DNA of 64,000 nucleotides, taken from assembly GCA_951406725.2 (NCBI GenBank), contig OX597836.1, positions 47,120,001-47,184,000 of the forward strand, given 5' to 3'. Below are positions 53,901 through 64,000 of the stretch, one piece after another. Below the pieces are notes generated by a model, which saw only the letters and a list, made by a program, of their open reading frames with translations, was not told where the DNA came from and did not search any database. Made by a program: the position numbers and the translations under genes. How positions within the stretch are numbered: position 1 is the first letter of the stretch; the number at the start of each line of letters is the position of its first letter. This DNA is from Octopus vulgaris. Its lineage: Eukaryota.

Positions 53901-54791
53901 TGTTTGACACGAGAAGAAGACTTTATTTACACAGTGTACAAAGTGAAAGTGTTGTGAGTGCTAGCTAAGTGTTGTGTATGAATGCGTGTGCATAGTATTT
54001 GTGTCTGTGTGTTCGTGTGTGCGATAGAAGGTACAGACAAAGGTGTATACATATACAACAGAAATACAAAGCATAAGATAAGTCTCAGCATATTGAGTTA
54101 AGATAGAGTTAGTTTACCAGTTCATGAGGTACACAATAGTAAGTTCTATAACAAGATGTTGTGGGCCGCGTGGCAGAGCCGGTTACTACCCGTGTAGACG
54201 TTGTGGCTATCATGCCGTGCCGAGTCTCTTGATATAGATAGTTCTTTCAGATAGACTGACTGTTTCTTGTCAGTGAAAGATTCATACAAACAGCGTGGAG
54301 TTAAACCTGGTCTGGTGTTGATGTGTTCATGTTGTTGAAGTCGACGGAGATAGAGACGACAATGGTGATGACGGCGGCGGAGATAGAAAACGTTCTGTCT
54401 GTCGCTGGTATATAATAGCGTCTTCCTAGCTGGAGCATTAGCATGGTTGGTTGGCTGGTCGTCTGTCACTGGAACTGGAGCATGGCTGAGTAGTTCTGTG
54501 GTCAGTGACTAGACTTTAAAAGGTCTAAAGCCGAAAGACGGAGAATAGTGAAAGCAGGCTTATTTAAAGGGTTAAAATGGCTCAAAGAAGGGCATCTGAA
54601 ACACAGTGTCACGAGACCTTATGTAAAGGCCGTGATTGGTTGGCATTTGGCGCGGTTTGTCTCACTACTTATTGTAGAGAGACAAACCGCGCCAAATGCC
54701 AACCAATCAGAGCAGTGGACACAACAGGGTCAAACTAGCCAAAGATGGTTGTAATCTCAAACGAGATCATTCTTATTGTGTCTCTCAAACA
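53901..54791 (-). mobile_element. Candidate solo LTR
   Basis: TGTTTGA...TCAAACA termini; minus-strand order CCAAT, TATA-like TTTAAATAA (54560-54568), then AATAAA 21 bp from the AACA end; no TSD found. Confidence 0.35.
54633..54709. promoter_or_regulatory. 31-bp perfect hairpin carrying symmetric CCAAT and E2F-like TTTGGCGCG sites
   Basis: tgattggttggcatttggcgcggtttgtctc / gagacaaaccgcgccaaatgccaaccaatca; hairpin seen directly, regulatory role inferred. Confidence 0.45.
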
Positions 54792-55564
54792 GTGAAGATA
54801 TCAGATACGCTACAAACTTAAAAGTATCAATCAGCAATCAATCATTTGATGGCTCAATCATCAATCAATAATGTTGAAGAATTGCAATAAAATTATTTGA
54901 TTCATTTTCATTGAATCTTAAGTCGCGGTTAATCAGTAGACAGACAAATGATTTTACTCAGTCTCAGTAGATCATTTAATAAAGTATATGACGCCAATGG
55001 AACTCTTGTCTATTACAAAGTACTCGCACTGCTTAGATTGATAAAATTATATTTCCGTCATGCATAAAGGCAAATAGTGCAAGATGTGTGTAAGAGAGAA
55101 AGATCGCGGAGAAGGCGAAGAAAGCGAGGAAGGATGAATGCGGTAGATGCAGCAGCAAAGAGATAGGCGTGGTGGGCAGAGAGACAGCTCGACAGAGAGA
55201 AAGAAAAGAGATTTTAAAAAATAATAGCGAAGGGAAATGTAATACGAAAGCGACATTTTGTGTTCCTAGACCAGGATATTGAACATTTCCTGATCCGAAG
55301 ATTTGATGATCAGCAGAAATGTAACTGCGATCCACCGAACCAACCGGAAAAGTAACAAGTGAATTAATGTTTCTATCAAATCAAGTCGACGTGAAATCGT
55401 TGTTTGCCACAAATACAAAGTTGGTGGACGACGTACTTTATGCAGACATTAAACCCATTAATTAGCCTCGATTGTCAACGGCAGATTATGTGTTTAAGAA
55501 ACAAAAATTAGTTTTGCATTGCTTATATTCGTTGAGAGAATTTTGATACAATCTCTCGAAGACA

Positions 55565-55601
<37 letters not shown>

Positions 55602-55754
55602 CACACACACATACACACACACTCACTACCACACACATATACACACACTCACTAACACACACATAAAATGTGTGTATATATATACGTATATATATAAATG
55701 TATATATATAAATGTATATATATACGTATATATATAAATGTAAATATATATATA

Positions 55755-56008
55755 TCACATGATCACGTAACCGACCAGGTTATCAGATGTTGTTACACAT
55801 CGCTGGTCACGATGCATTTTTGCATTGTTTTAGCCTGCAAACGACGCCACCCTGTTGGCTAGGCGAGCAGGCCAACAATTCCTCTCTGATCGAAGGGTAC
55901 CTGGAACAACATGAAATGAAGTGCTTTGCTCAAGAACACAACGCGCCGCCCAGTCAGGGAATCGAACCCACGATCTAGCGATCGTAAGTACAACAGCCTA
56001 ACCATTAG
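55755..56008 (-). mobile_element. SINE head D with tail 1
   Basis: Head gtgttcttgagcaaagcacttcatttc; tail matches ~4113-4235. Confidence 0.8.
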
Positions 56009-56149
56009 GAAAGTATGTCAATTCACCACAGCTTTTTCCAACGTATATGTATTCCTCTATTTATGTTGTGTACACACTTTACTTTTCGACCCGACCCGCT
56101 CCCTTAAGTTCCCGATTCACGTGAACCCTGATCTATTATATAGCCCTAG

Positions 56150-56820
56150 GCTGTAGGAGAAGACATTTGCCCAAGATATATGCATATCTTTTATCTTTTA
56201 CTTGTTTCAGTCATTAGATCGCGACCATGCTGGGGCATCGCCTTGAAATTTTAGTCGAATGATTCGACCCCAGTGCTCTTTCAAAAAGCCTGCTACTTAT
56301 TCTATCGATATTTTTTGCCGAACCACTAAGTTATGGGGACGTAAACATACCAAGAGTAGTTACCAAGGGGGAACAAACATAGACACGCACACACACGCAC
56401 ACACACACACACACACACGCACATACACGCACGAGCGCACGCACACACACACACACACACACATATATATACTCTCTTTTACTCTTTTACTTGTTTCAGT
56501 CATTTGACTGCAGCCATGATGGAGCATCGCCTTTCGTCGAGCAAATCGACCCCAGGACTTATTCTTTGTAAGCCCAGTACTTATTCTATCAGTCCCTTAT
56601 TGCCGAACCGCTAAGGCTATAGTAGAAGACTCTTGCCCAAGATGCCACGCAGTGGGACTGAACCCGGAACCATGTGGTTCGTAAGCAAGCTACTTGCCAC
56701 ACAGCCACTCCTGCGCCTTACATACATAAATGCATACGACGGGCTTCATTCAAGTTCCGTCTACCAAATCCACTCATAAATCTTTGGTCGGCGCGAGGCT
56801 ATAGTAGAAAACATTTGCCC

Positions 56821-56822
<2 letters not shown>
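56150..56822 (-). mobile_element. Nested or rearranged SINE family A fragments
   Basis: At least two tails (~56190, ~56470) and shuffled head pieces. Confidence 0.8.
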
Positions 56823-56877
<55 letters not shown>

Positions 56878-57270
56878 CGCACACACAGACACACACACAT
56901 TCATTTTCGTCCGCCGCAGCAGCGAGAACCATCTAGTCATCCTAGAAATTTGCTTAAAGTGAGGTGTTGCTTACCGTCAAGGCGAGTGGGGATGGAGACG
57001 GATGCAGTGGACGACCAAGATATCTCACATGGCTTATCTTACGCTCTGCATCCCACAATGCATTGCTTGCGGCTGCCTTCCCTTCCGTTGGACCATGAAG
57101 TTTTCCTCTGCAGATTTTGCCGGAACCGGTCATCACATGCATAGATAGGCATAACTTAAGATGCTAATTAACCCATAGCTGGATCCCTAACGGATACTAC
57201 TTCAACAGGTCAGAACAGACGTGCGAACAACACTGGATAAGAGGTGGTTCCACACTCTTCAAAACTCCCA

Positions 57271-57661
57271 GGATCTTTTCGGTTTGACCGGCAGTTTTTT
57301 TTTAATAATTTCCACGTAACTAAACACTTTTAAACTTCGTATACTGGTAGAATGTGTTTATAAAACATCTTTTTCTCTTGGCTTTATTGAGAAAATTCTA
57401 TAGTTTGTAAGATATTTGTTGCTTTTTTCCTCAATAACGTCTGTTGAGGTAAAAAAAACATTCTGTGCCGTATGAATATGTCCCTCGTTTAAGAAACAGA
57501 TTGGGTTTATTTACATTTGTGAAGAAAAAAAGATACCCTTCCCCTCACCCCTAACCCTAAAACAGATTGAAATGCAATAGATCGATACTAGGGTCATAAT
57601 TTTGGGTGACAATTTCATAGGAGACCGCTAGAAAAAACTGCCGTTCAAACCGAAGAGATCC
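57271..57661. mobile_element. MITE copy 3
   Basis: Same TIRs and body; (CCCTAA)2; no TSD seen. Confidence 0.85.
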
Positions 57662-57748
57662 AACAATTGCACCAAATTGATGTAAACAAATGCTTTGAAC
57701 TGAATTTACTTGGAGCGTTCGAAACACGTGCGATGTACTCCGCAGCAA

Positions 57749-57846
<98 letters not shown>

Positions 57847-57867
57847 GTAATAATAATAATAATAGTA

Positions 57868-57912
<45 letters not shown>

Positions 57913-57934
57913 GTAATAATAATAATAATAATAA

Positions 57935-58332
57935 TGGTTTCAAATTTTGCTACATGAGCAGCCAGTGTGGGGAGTGGATGTGTCGATTACATCAAGTTCA
58001 GTATTCAACTGGTACTTAATTTATCGACCCCGAGAGGATGAAAGGCAAAGTCGACCACAGCGGAATTTGAACCCAGAACCTAGCGACGGACGAAATACCT
58101 ATTTCTTTACTACCCACAAGGGGCTAAACACAGAGGGGACAAACAAGGACAGACAAACGAATTAAGTCGATTACATTGTCCCCGGTGCGTAACTGGTACT
58201 TAATTTATCGACCCCGAAAGGATGAAAGGCAAAGTCGACCTCAGCGGAATTTGAACTCAGAACGTAACGGCAGACGAAATACCGCGAAGCATTTAGCCCA
58301 GCGTGCTAGCGAGCCTGCCAGCTCGCCGCCTT
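57935..58332 (-). mobile_element. SINE family C dimer inserted in (AAT)n
   Basis: Junction gaaatacctatttc at ~58092; (AAT)n on both sides. Confidence 0.85.
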
Positions 58333-58417
58333 AATAATAATAATAATAGTAATAATAATAATAATAATAGTAATAATAATAGTAATAATAATAATAATAA
58401 TAATAGAAGGCCTGATT

Positions 58418-58488
<71 letters not shown>

Positions 58489-58489
<1 letters not shown>

Positions 58490-58870
58490 ACAAAGAGAAT
58501 AGAAAAGTGCCAGGTAATTGCTTTATCGCCCCAAATAAAGGGAGCAGGATACTCCTCGAAAGGGGTCTAGCCCCTAAACACACAACTAAGACGAAAGTGG
58601 GTATACTTCATACCCGAATTTGCAATGCAAAACGGGTACTAGAAAATAAAAGAAAAAGTAGAGTGCCATACCAGCTTGAAGTATGAAAGCCCCAAACACT
58701 GAAACAAAGAATTTAAGGCAGTGATGGTCCCATCAATTTTCACTGGGGTTTTAGGAATTAAGGCAAAGCACTTTGAGCGCTAATCTTGGAAAGTTAGACC
58801 TTAATCTGGGAGAGGGCCATCCAGAAAACCTGTTTACTTGGTTCAGCCAGAATTAGTTAGGAAGTCTCCC
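58489..58870 (+). pseudogene. Old R4/Dong-type RLE C-terminal fragment
   Basis: DKENRK-CQVI.., VP....GVLG, IQKTCLLGSARI parallel RDHEGKKCFLID, PIIVGALG, IQKIALLGTAHI of the neighbouring ORF. Confidence 0.6.
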
Positions 58871-59404
58871 GTACAAGGAACAAATAGGAACAACAGAAAC
58901 AGGCTTGTGCATAAAAAGGATAAAAACATGCTCCGCTTTCTCCTTCTCCTCCTCTAAACCATGAGTTGTGGGTGGATAAGAAGTATAACTGAACTGATTA
59001 TCGCACTATAACCATGTGACAGCAGAGCAGCAGAAGCAGAAGCGGTAGTAGCAGTAGTAGCAGCAGCAGCAGCAGCAGAGTGGTATCTTCCTCATAATTA
59101 CCCTCAACATTATAAACGTCCTCATATTCATTGGTGTTATCCCAACAATACGCATAATCATTCATACATGTCATCTTCTTGTAAACTCGTAAGGATCGAT
59201 CAATAAACTTTATAATTGAGTTCAACGGGATGAGCATTATTTGGTGGGTATGAGTGTAAAAGCAATAAAAACATAGCATATATTCGAACCAAACAAAATC
59301 GATTAATGTATTGAAAGAGGAAAAAAATTCCCATTACTTAATAACGCACGGGGGTTTTATGATATTTTTTCCGCTATTTGCTATGTTCTGTTAGATAACA
59401 TAAC

Positions 59405-59446
<42 letters not shown>

Positions 59447-59448
<2 letters not shown>

Positions 59449-61077
59449 CAAACAGCTGGAAACACTATTAAAGACAGTTCATGGATTTACCAAAGAAATA
59501 GATATGAAATTTGGATTAGAAAAATGCGCCAAAGTAACCATGAAAAGAGGAAAACTAGTTAAGAGTAACAACATCACACTAGATGAAGCAAATGAAATAA
59601 AAGAATTAGACCAAAGCCAAACTTACAAATACTTAGGAATCCATGAACTAGATAAGACACAACACACACAAATGAAAGAGAAAATAAAAAAAGAATATTA
59701 TAGACGAGTTAGATCAATACTAAACACAGAGCTCAATGCTAAAAACAAGATAATAGGTATCAACACTTTAGCTGTCCCAGTTATAAGTTACAGCTACAAT
59801 ATCCTTAACTGGACACGAAATGAACTGACCAAAATAGACAGGAAAACAAGAAAAATAATGACAGGATCTAGGATGCATCACCCAAAATCTGACATAGAAA
59901 GACTATATATACAACGTATAGAAGGTGGTAGAGGCCTTATACAGCTGGAAAACTACTATAAAATAACCACCATAGGACTGCAAAAATATCTACTTCAGAA
60001 GGAAGGAAAACTGATCCAGATAGCGGCAAAACACGAGCAAAACAAAAAACTGTTCTCAGTATTTAAGGAAGCTGACAAATACAAACAAGAAATCATACCA
60101 CCTAATAAACATGAAGAAGAAGAAGAAGATGAAGAAACAACAAAAGCTATAAAAAAAATGAAATCCAAACTAAAAATAGAACAGCAACGAACCATGATAA
60201 AACGATGGCAAGAAAAGCCCCTTCATGGTAAATACTGGACTAAACTAAACGCAAAAGAAATAGACAAAGAAAAATCCCAGCAATGGTTGAGAAGCTCAGG
60301 ACTCAAAGCAGAAACAGAGGGATTTTTAATTGCAGCACAAGACCAAAGCCTCCCCACCAGAAATTACCAAAAACATGTAATGAAAAGAAATATTACAAGT
60401 AACTGCAGAATATGTGGAGATGGACAAGAAACAATAAATCATATTATCTCTAGCTGCCCAGTCCTGGCTAAGAAGGAATATATTCACAGACATGACAGAG
60501 TTGGAACTTACATACATTGGAAGCTATGCCAACATTATGGAATAACAACAGAAAAAAGATGGTATAGGCACACACCAGAAAAGGTCACAGAAAACGAGAA
60601 AGCAACCATACTCTGGGATATGCCGATACACACAGATAGAGAAATTAAGGCCAACAGACCAGATATAGTTGTCAGAGACCATGAAGGAAAAAAATGCTTT
60701 CTAATTGATGTATCAGTACCGGCAGATGACAACGTGTCTCTAAAAGAAATGGAGAAACTCTCAAAATACAAAGACCTGGAAATAGAGGTAACTAGAATGT
60801 GGAATCTGAAAACAGAAACAACTCCTATCATAGTAGGTGCATTAGGCATGATAAAAAAATATTCAGACAAATACATAACAAAAACACCAGGACTTACAAA
60901 CACATATAACATACAGAAAATTGCACTACTAGGCACTGCACACATCCTACGCAGAACACTTTCCATACAATAACCATCAGAGCATCACAACAAATCACAG
61001 CACATACCCAAGGCACACAGAGCTGCGCTCGGTAGTGAAGTGAAAGCACGCTATAAAAATAAAAATAAAACTACTGA
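59447..61077 (+). mobile_element. 5'-truncated R4/Dong-clade non-LTR retrotransposon inserted in (AAT)n
   Basis: (AAT)n on both sides; open frame from 59447; ~100-bp 3' UTR; Dong elements are known to target (TAA)n. Confidence 0.9.
59504..60973 (+). CDS. RT C-terminal part, CCHC zinc knuckle and PD-(D/E)xK restriction-like endonuclease (N-terminally truncated, lacks the YxDD motif)
   Basis: MKFGLEKC, YKYLG, GGRGL, CRICGDGQETINHIISSC, RHD, RPDIVV..LIDVSVP..EKLSKY; 489 codons with no stop. Confidence 0.9.
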   Translation: MKFGLEKCAKVTMKRGKLVKSNNITLDEANEIKELDQSQTYKYLGIHELDKTQHTQMKEKIKKEYYRRVRSILNTELNAKNKIIGINTLAVPVISYSYNILNWTRNELTKIDRKTRKIMTGSRMHHPKSDIERLYIQRIEGGRGLIQLENYYKITTIGLQKYLLQKEGKLIQIAAKHEQNKKLFSVFKEADKYKQEIIPPNKHEEEEEDEETTKAIKKMKSKLKIEQQRTMIKRWQEKPLHGKYWTKLNAKEIDKEKSQQWLRSSGLKAETEGFLIAAQDQSLPTRNYQKHVMKRNITSNCRICGDGQETINHIISSCPVLAKKEYIHRHDRVGTYIHWKLCQHYGITTEKRWYRHTPEKVTENEKATILWDMPIHTDREIKANRPDIVVRDHEGKKCFLIDVSVPADDNVSLKEMEKLSKYKDLEIEVTRMWNLKTETTPIIVGALGMIKKYSDKYITKTPGLTNTYNIQKIALLGTAHILRRTLSIQ

Positions 61078-61159
61078 ATAATAATAATAATAATAACATC
61101 AACAACAACAACAACAACAATAATAATAATAATAATAATAATAATATAAATAATAATAA

Positions 61160-61633
61160 AGGGTGGTATAAAAGATGGGCTACAGCAAATATTCTGCTCA
61201 ATACCACAGATTTGCTTGTCAGTTGTTTGACCTTAACCAGTTGAGAATGTCCCTTAGTGGCTGACGATATGTGCATCTCTGATCACGAGCAGAAGTAGTT
61301 GGGGAGCATCATAGCCATGTGTTGAGAAGGATTCTTTGGGGTTTGAATAATTCACCTCTGGAAACATGGGTGGTTCGTTCAACATCCTTAAACAACCTTA
61401 TTCAGGGACCTTTTGAGCGAGATGGGCTACTCAACCTGAAGAAAATTTTAACAGGGCCCCACCTGTAAGGTCATACGCTGTTTATCTTGATATGAGATCA
61501 CAATGTCGCGCATATATGATTGTGACGCATGTGCTTAGTGTACCCTTATCAGACGGGTAGTCATGATGGGTATACTGGGCTTCGTATATTTTACCCCAGT
61601 GTCACTTTGATGGCATGCGCTGCTCTCACACTC

Positions 61634-61634
<1 letters not shown>
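61160..61634 (+). mobile_element. Unclassified ~470-bp insertion in (AAT)n, probably a retrotransposon 3' UTR
   Basis: Sharp boundaries with (AAT)n on both sides; no ORF or tRNA head. Confidence 0.4.
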
Positions 61635-61675
<41 letters not shown>

Positions 61676-61966
61676 TTTCTTACGGCTTTTGAAATATCAA
61701 ATATCGAAATGTTTCAATTAATTTTTAAAAAATTAGGAATCGTTTCAAAACTTCATTTTGAGCGAGATTTTACAGTGGCATACATAGAGAAAACCGTACG
61801 TTTAAGTGAGTGTGTCGAAATCAATGCCAAATGTTATAATTCTACAGATATAGTCTAGCTAACTGGAAGATAGAATAGATCAGTTAATTCTGAATATCAA
61901 ATATCACTCCTTGCTTTGAACAGCAGGAATAGCGGTATGAATAGTATCATTTGTTTGATGTTGCTG

Positions 61967-62226
61967 GTTCCTTCTCGAGCTATGCCTGGCTCATAAGGGC
62001 CGGTTTCCCGGTTTCCTTGGCGTATAGGTTCCCCACCTAGACAGGACGCCGGTCCGTCACAGGTGAGCTGCTAGATGCAGGAGGAAAGAGTAAGAGAAAG
62101 TTGTGGCAAAAGAGTCAGCAGGAGTTCGCCATTACCAAAGTTTCACTCATAAACACACACATCGCCCGGTCTGAGATTCGAACCCGCGACCTCTTGACCA
62201 CGAGTCTACTGTTCTAGCCACTGGGC
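61967..62226 (-). mobile_element. SINE head B with tail 3
   Basis: Body gagaaagttgtggc..cagcagg is head/body B; tail matches ~19146-19245. Confidence 0.75.
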
Positions 62227-62512
62227 AATATACTTCTACAGTTTGATGTTGAGTGCAGATAATTCTATAGTAATAGAAACTAAGGCTAATTATTTCTCCA
62301 CGGAATTTCGACAGATATTTTAATTGCTGGTTTACAACCCGAAGATAATCGGTAATGGGAATGGTTGGTGCCGAAGAAGAAACGGTAAAACACTGTAGTA
62401 AAACCACTTAGAGTTTTATTATTTTATCGTCTATGTTCTGGTTTTGAATCTCAGAAAATTTGACCTTCATCCTGAATAAATATGCTAGTTATATACTGAA
62501 CTTGAACGAAGT

Positions 62513-63244
62513 AGGCGTAGGAGTGGCTGTGGTGAGGGCGCGTGGCTTAGTGGTTAGGGCATTCGGCTCATGATCGTAAGGTTGTGAGTTCGATTCCTGG
62601 CGACGCGTTGTGTCCTTGAGCAAGACACTTTATTTCACGTTGCTCCAGTCCACTCAGCTGGCAAAAATGAGTTGTACTTGTATTTCAAAGGGTCAGCCTT
62701 GTCACTCTCTGTGTCACGCTGATTATCCCCGAGAACTACGTTAAGGGTACACGTGTCTGTGGAATGCTCAGCCATTTGCACGTTAATTTCACGAGCAAGC
62801 TGTTCCGTTGATCGTATCAGCTGGGACCCTCGTCGTCGTAACCGGCGGAGTCTTTTTTAAGGAGTGGCTGTGTGGTAAGTAGCTTGCTTACCAGCCACAT
62901 GGTTCCGAGTTCAGTCCCACTGCGCGGCACCTTGGGTCTTCTACTATAGCCTCGGGCCGACCAAAACCCTGGTGAGTGGATTTGGTAGACGGAAACTGAA
63001 AGAAGCCCGTCGTATATATGCATATATGTTTGTGTGTGTGTGTGTGTGTGTTTGTCCCCCCCGCTAACATCGCTTGACAACCGATGCTGGTGTGTTTACG
63101 TCCCCTTAACTTAGCGGTTCAGCAAAAGAGACCGATAGAATAAGTACTAGGCTTACAAAGAATAAGTCCTGGGGTCGATTTCCTCGACTAAAGGCGGTGC
63201 TCCAGCATGGCCACAGTCAAATGACTGAAACAAGTAAAAGAGTA
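62513..63244 (+). mobile_element. SINE family A interrupted near its 5' end by a head-D SINE
   Basis: TSD aggagtggctgtg at 62519-62531 and 62860-62872. Confidence 0.9.
62533..62858 (+). mobile_element. SINE head D with tail 2
   Basis: gtgtccttgagcaagacactt CORE-like domain; tail matches ~32320-32500. Confidence 0.85.
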
Positions 63245-63708
63245 CTCTTTTACTCTTTACTCTTTTACTTGTTTCAGCCATTTGACTGCGGCCATGCTGG
63301 AGCACCGCCTTTAGTCGACCCCAGGCCTTATTCTTTGTAAGCCTAGTACTTATTCTATCGGTCTCTTTTGCTGAACTGCTAAGTTACGGGGACGTAAACA
63401 CACCAGCATCGGTTGTGAAGCGATGTTGGGGGGACAAACACAGACATACAAACATATATATATACATATATACGACGGGCTTCTTTCAGTTTCCGTCTAC
63501 CAAATTCACTCACAAGGCCTTGGTCGGCCCGAGGCTATAGTAGAAGACACTTGCCCAAGGTGCCACGCAGTGGCAGTGAACCCGGAACCATGTGGTAGGC
63601 CCGAGGCTATAGTAGAAGACACTTGCCCAAGGTACCACGCAGTGGGAGTGAACCCGGAACCATGTGGTTTGTAAGCAAGCTACTTACCACACAGCCACTC
63701 CTACGCCC
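63245..63708 (-). mobile_element. SINE family A with internal ~72-bp tandem duplication, tail-to-tail with the preceding copy
   Basis: Junction aaaagagtactctttt; duplicated ggcccgaggctatag...ccatgtggt. Confidence 0.9.
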
Positions 63709-64000
63709 TAAAATATAAAAATCTTTTCACCAAAGCAAACAAGGCAGACAACTCCAGTGGAACAAAGACCTTTACTATTGCCCATTGCCGCCATAGAAAG
63801 GTTACACAGTGTATTACTTCACAATTGCTTATTGGCATTGTAGAAACTAACTTCTATATAGAAATGTTTATTAAAAAATGCTCTGCTTTTGAGAAAAGAA
63901 AATGATGTCAGCTAATAATCCAATTGTTTCCCTTGTTTGTCAGCTAGAAAACAATCCTTTCTGCTATAGGCACAAGGCCTGAAATTTCTTTGGGGTGGGG

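Noticed and set aside
56900-57270. GC-richer segment reminiscent of an RTE 5' region
   Set aside because: Impression only; no ORF or second copy in the window
60535-60966. Antisense ORFs within the Dong element
   Set aside because: Shadow frames of the sense-strand coding sequence

Overview
AT-rich eukaryotic (animal) DNA with no recognisable host protein-coding gene; it is probably intergenic or part of a very large intron. The repeat families look like those of octopus (cephalopod) genomes, an inference from recall that needs a database check. Most of the window is microsatellite plus transposons: roughly 40 tRNA-derived SINE copies with four head types (called A-D here), a 5'-truncated but uninterrupted R4/Dong-type RLE LINE (59447-61077) and two decayed relatives, a Penelope-like GIY-YIG element with inverted pseudo-LTRs, CR1, RTE, Tx1 and CRE relics, mariner and maT/Tc1-like transposase relics, two non-autonomous Helitrons, three copies of a telomere-repeat-bearing MITE and a candidate solo LTR. 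The ORF track misses the most notable signals. About ten type I hammerhead ribozyme motifs from largely unrelated sequence families are present, several at the centre of short fold-back elements in or beside (TA)n tracts. A tRNA-like head is fused to a hammerhead-bearing Penelope pLTR. Two SINE heads and three tails occur in all six combinations, and there is a perfect 153-bp inverted repeat. All coordinates were read by eye, and repeat boundaries are approximate.
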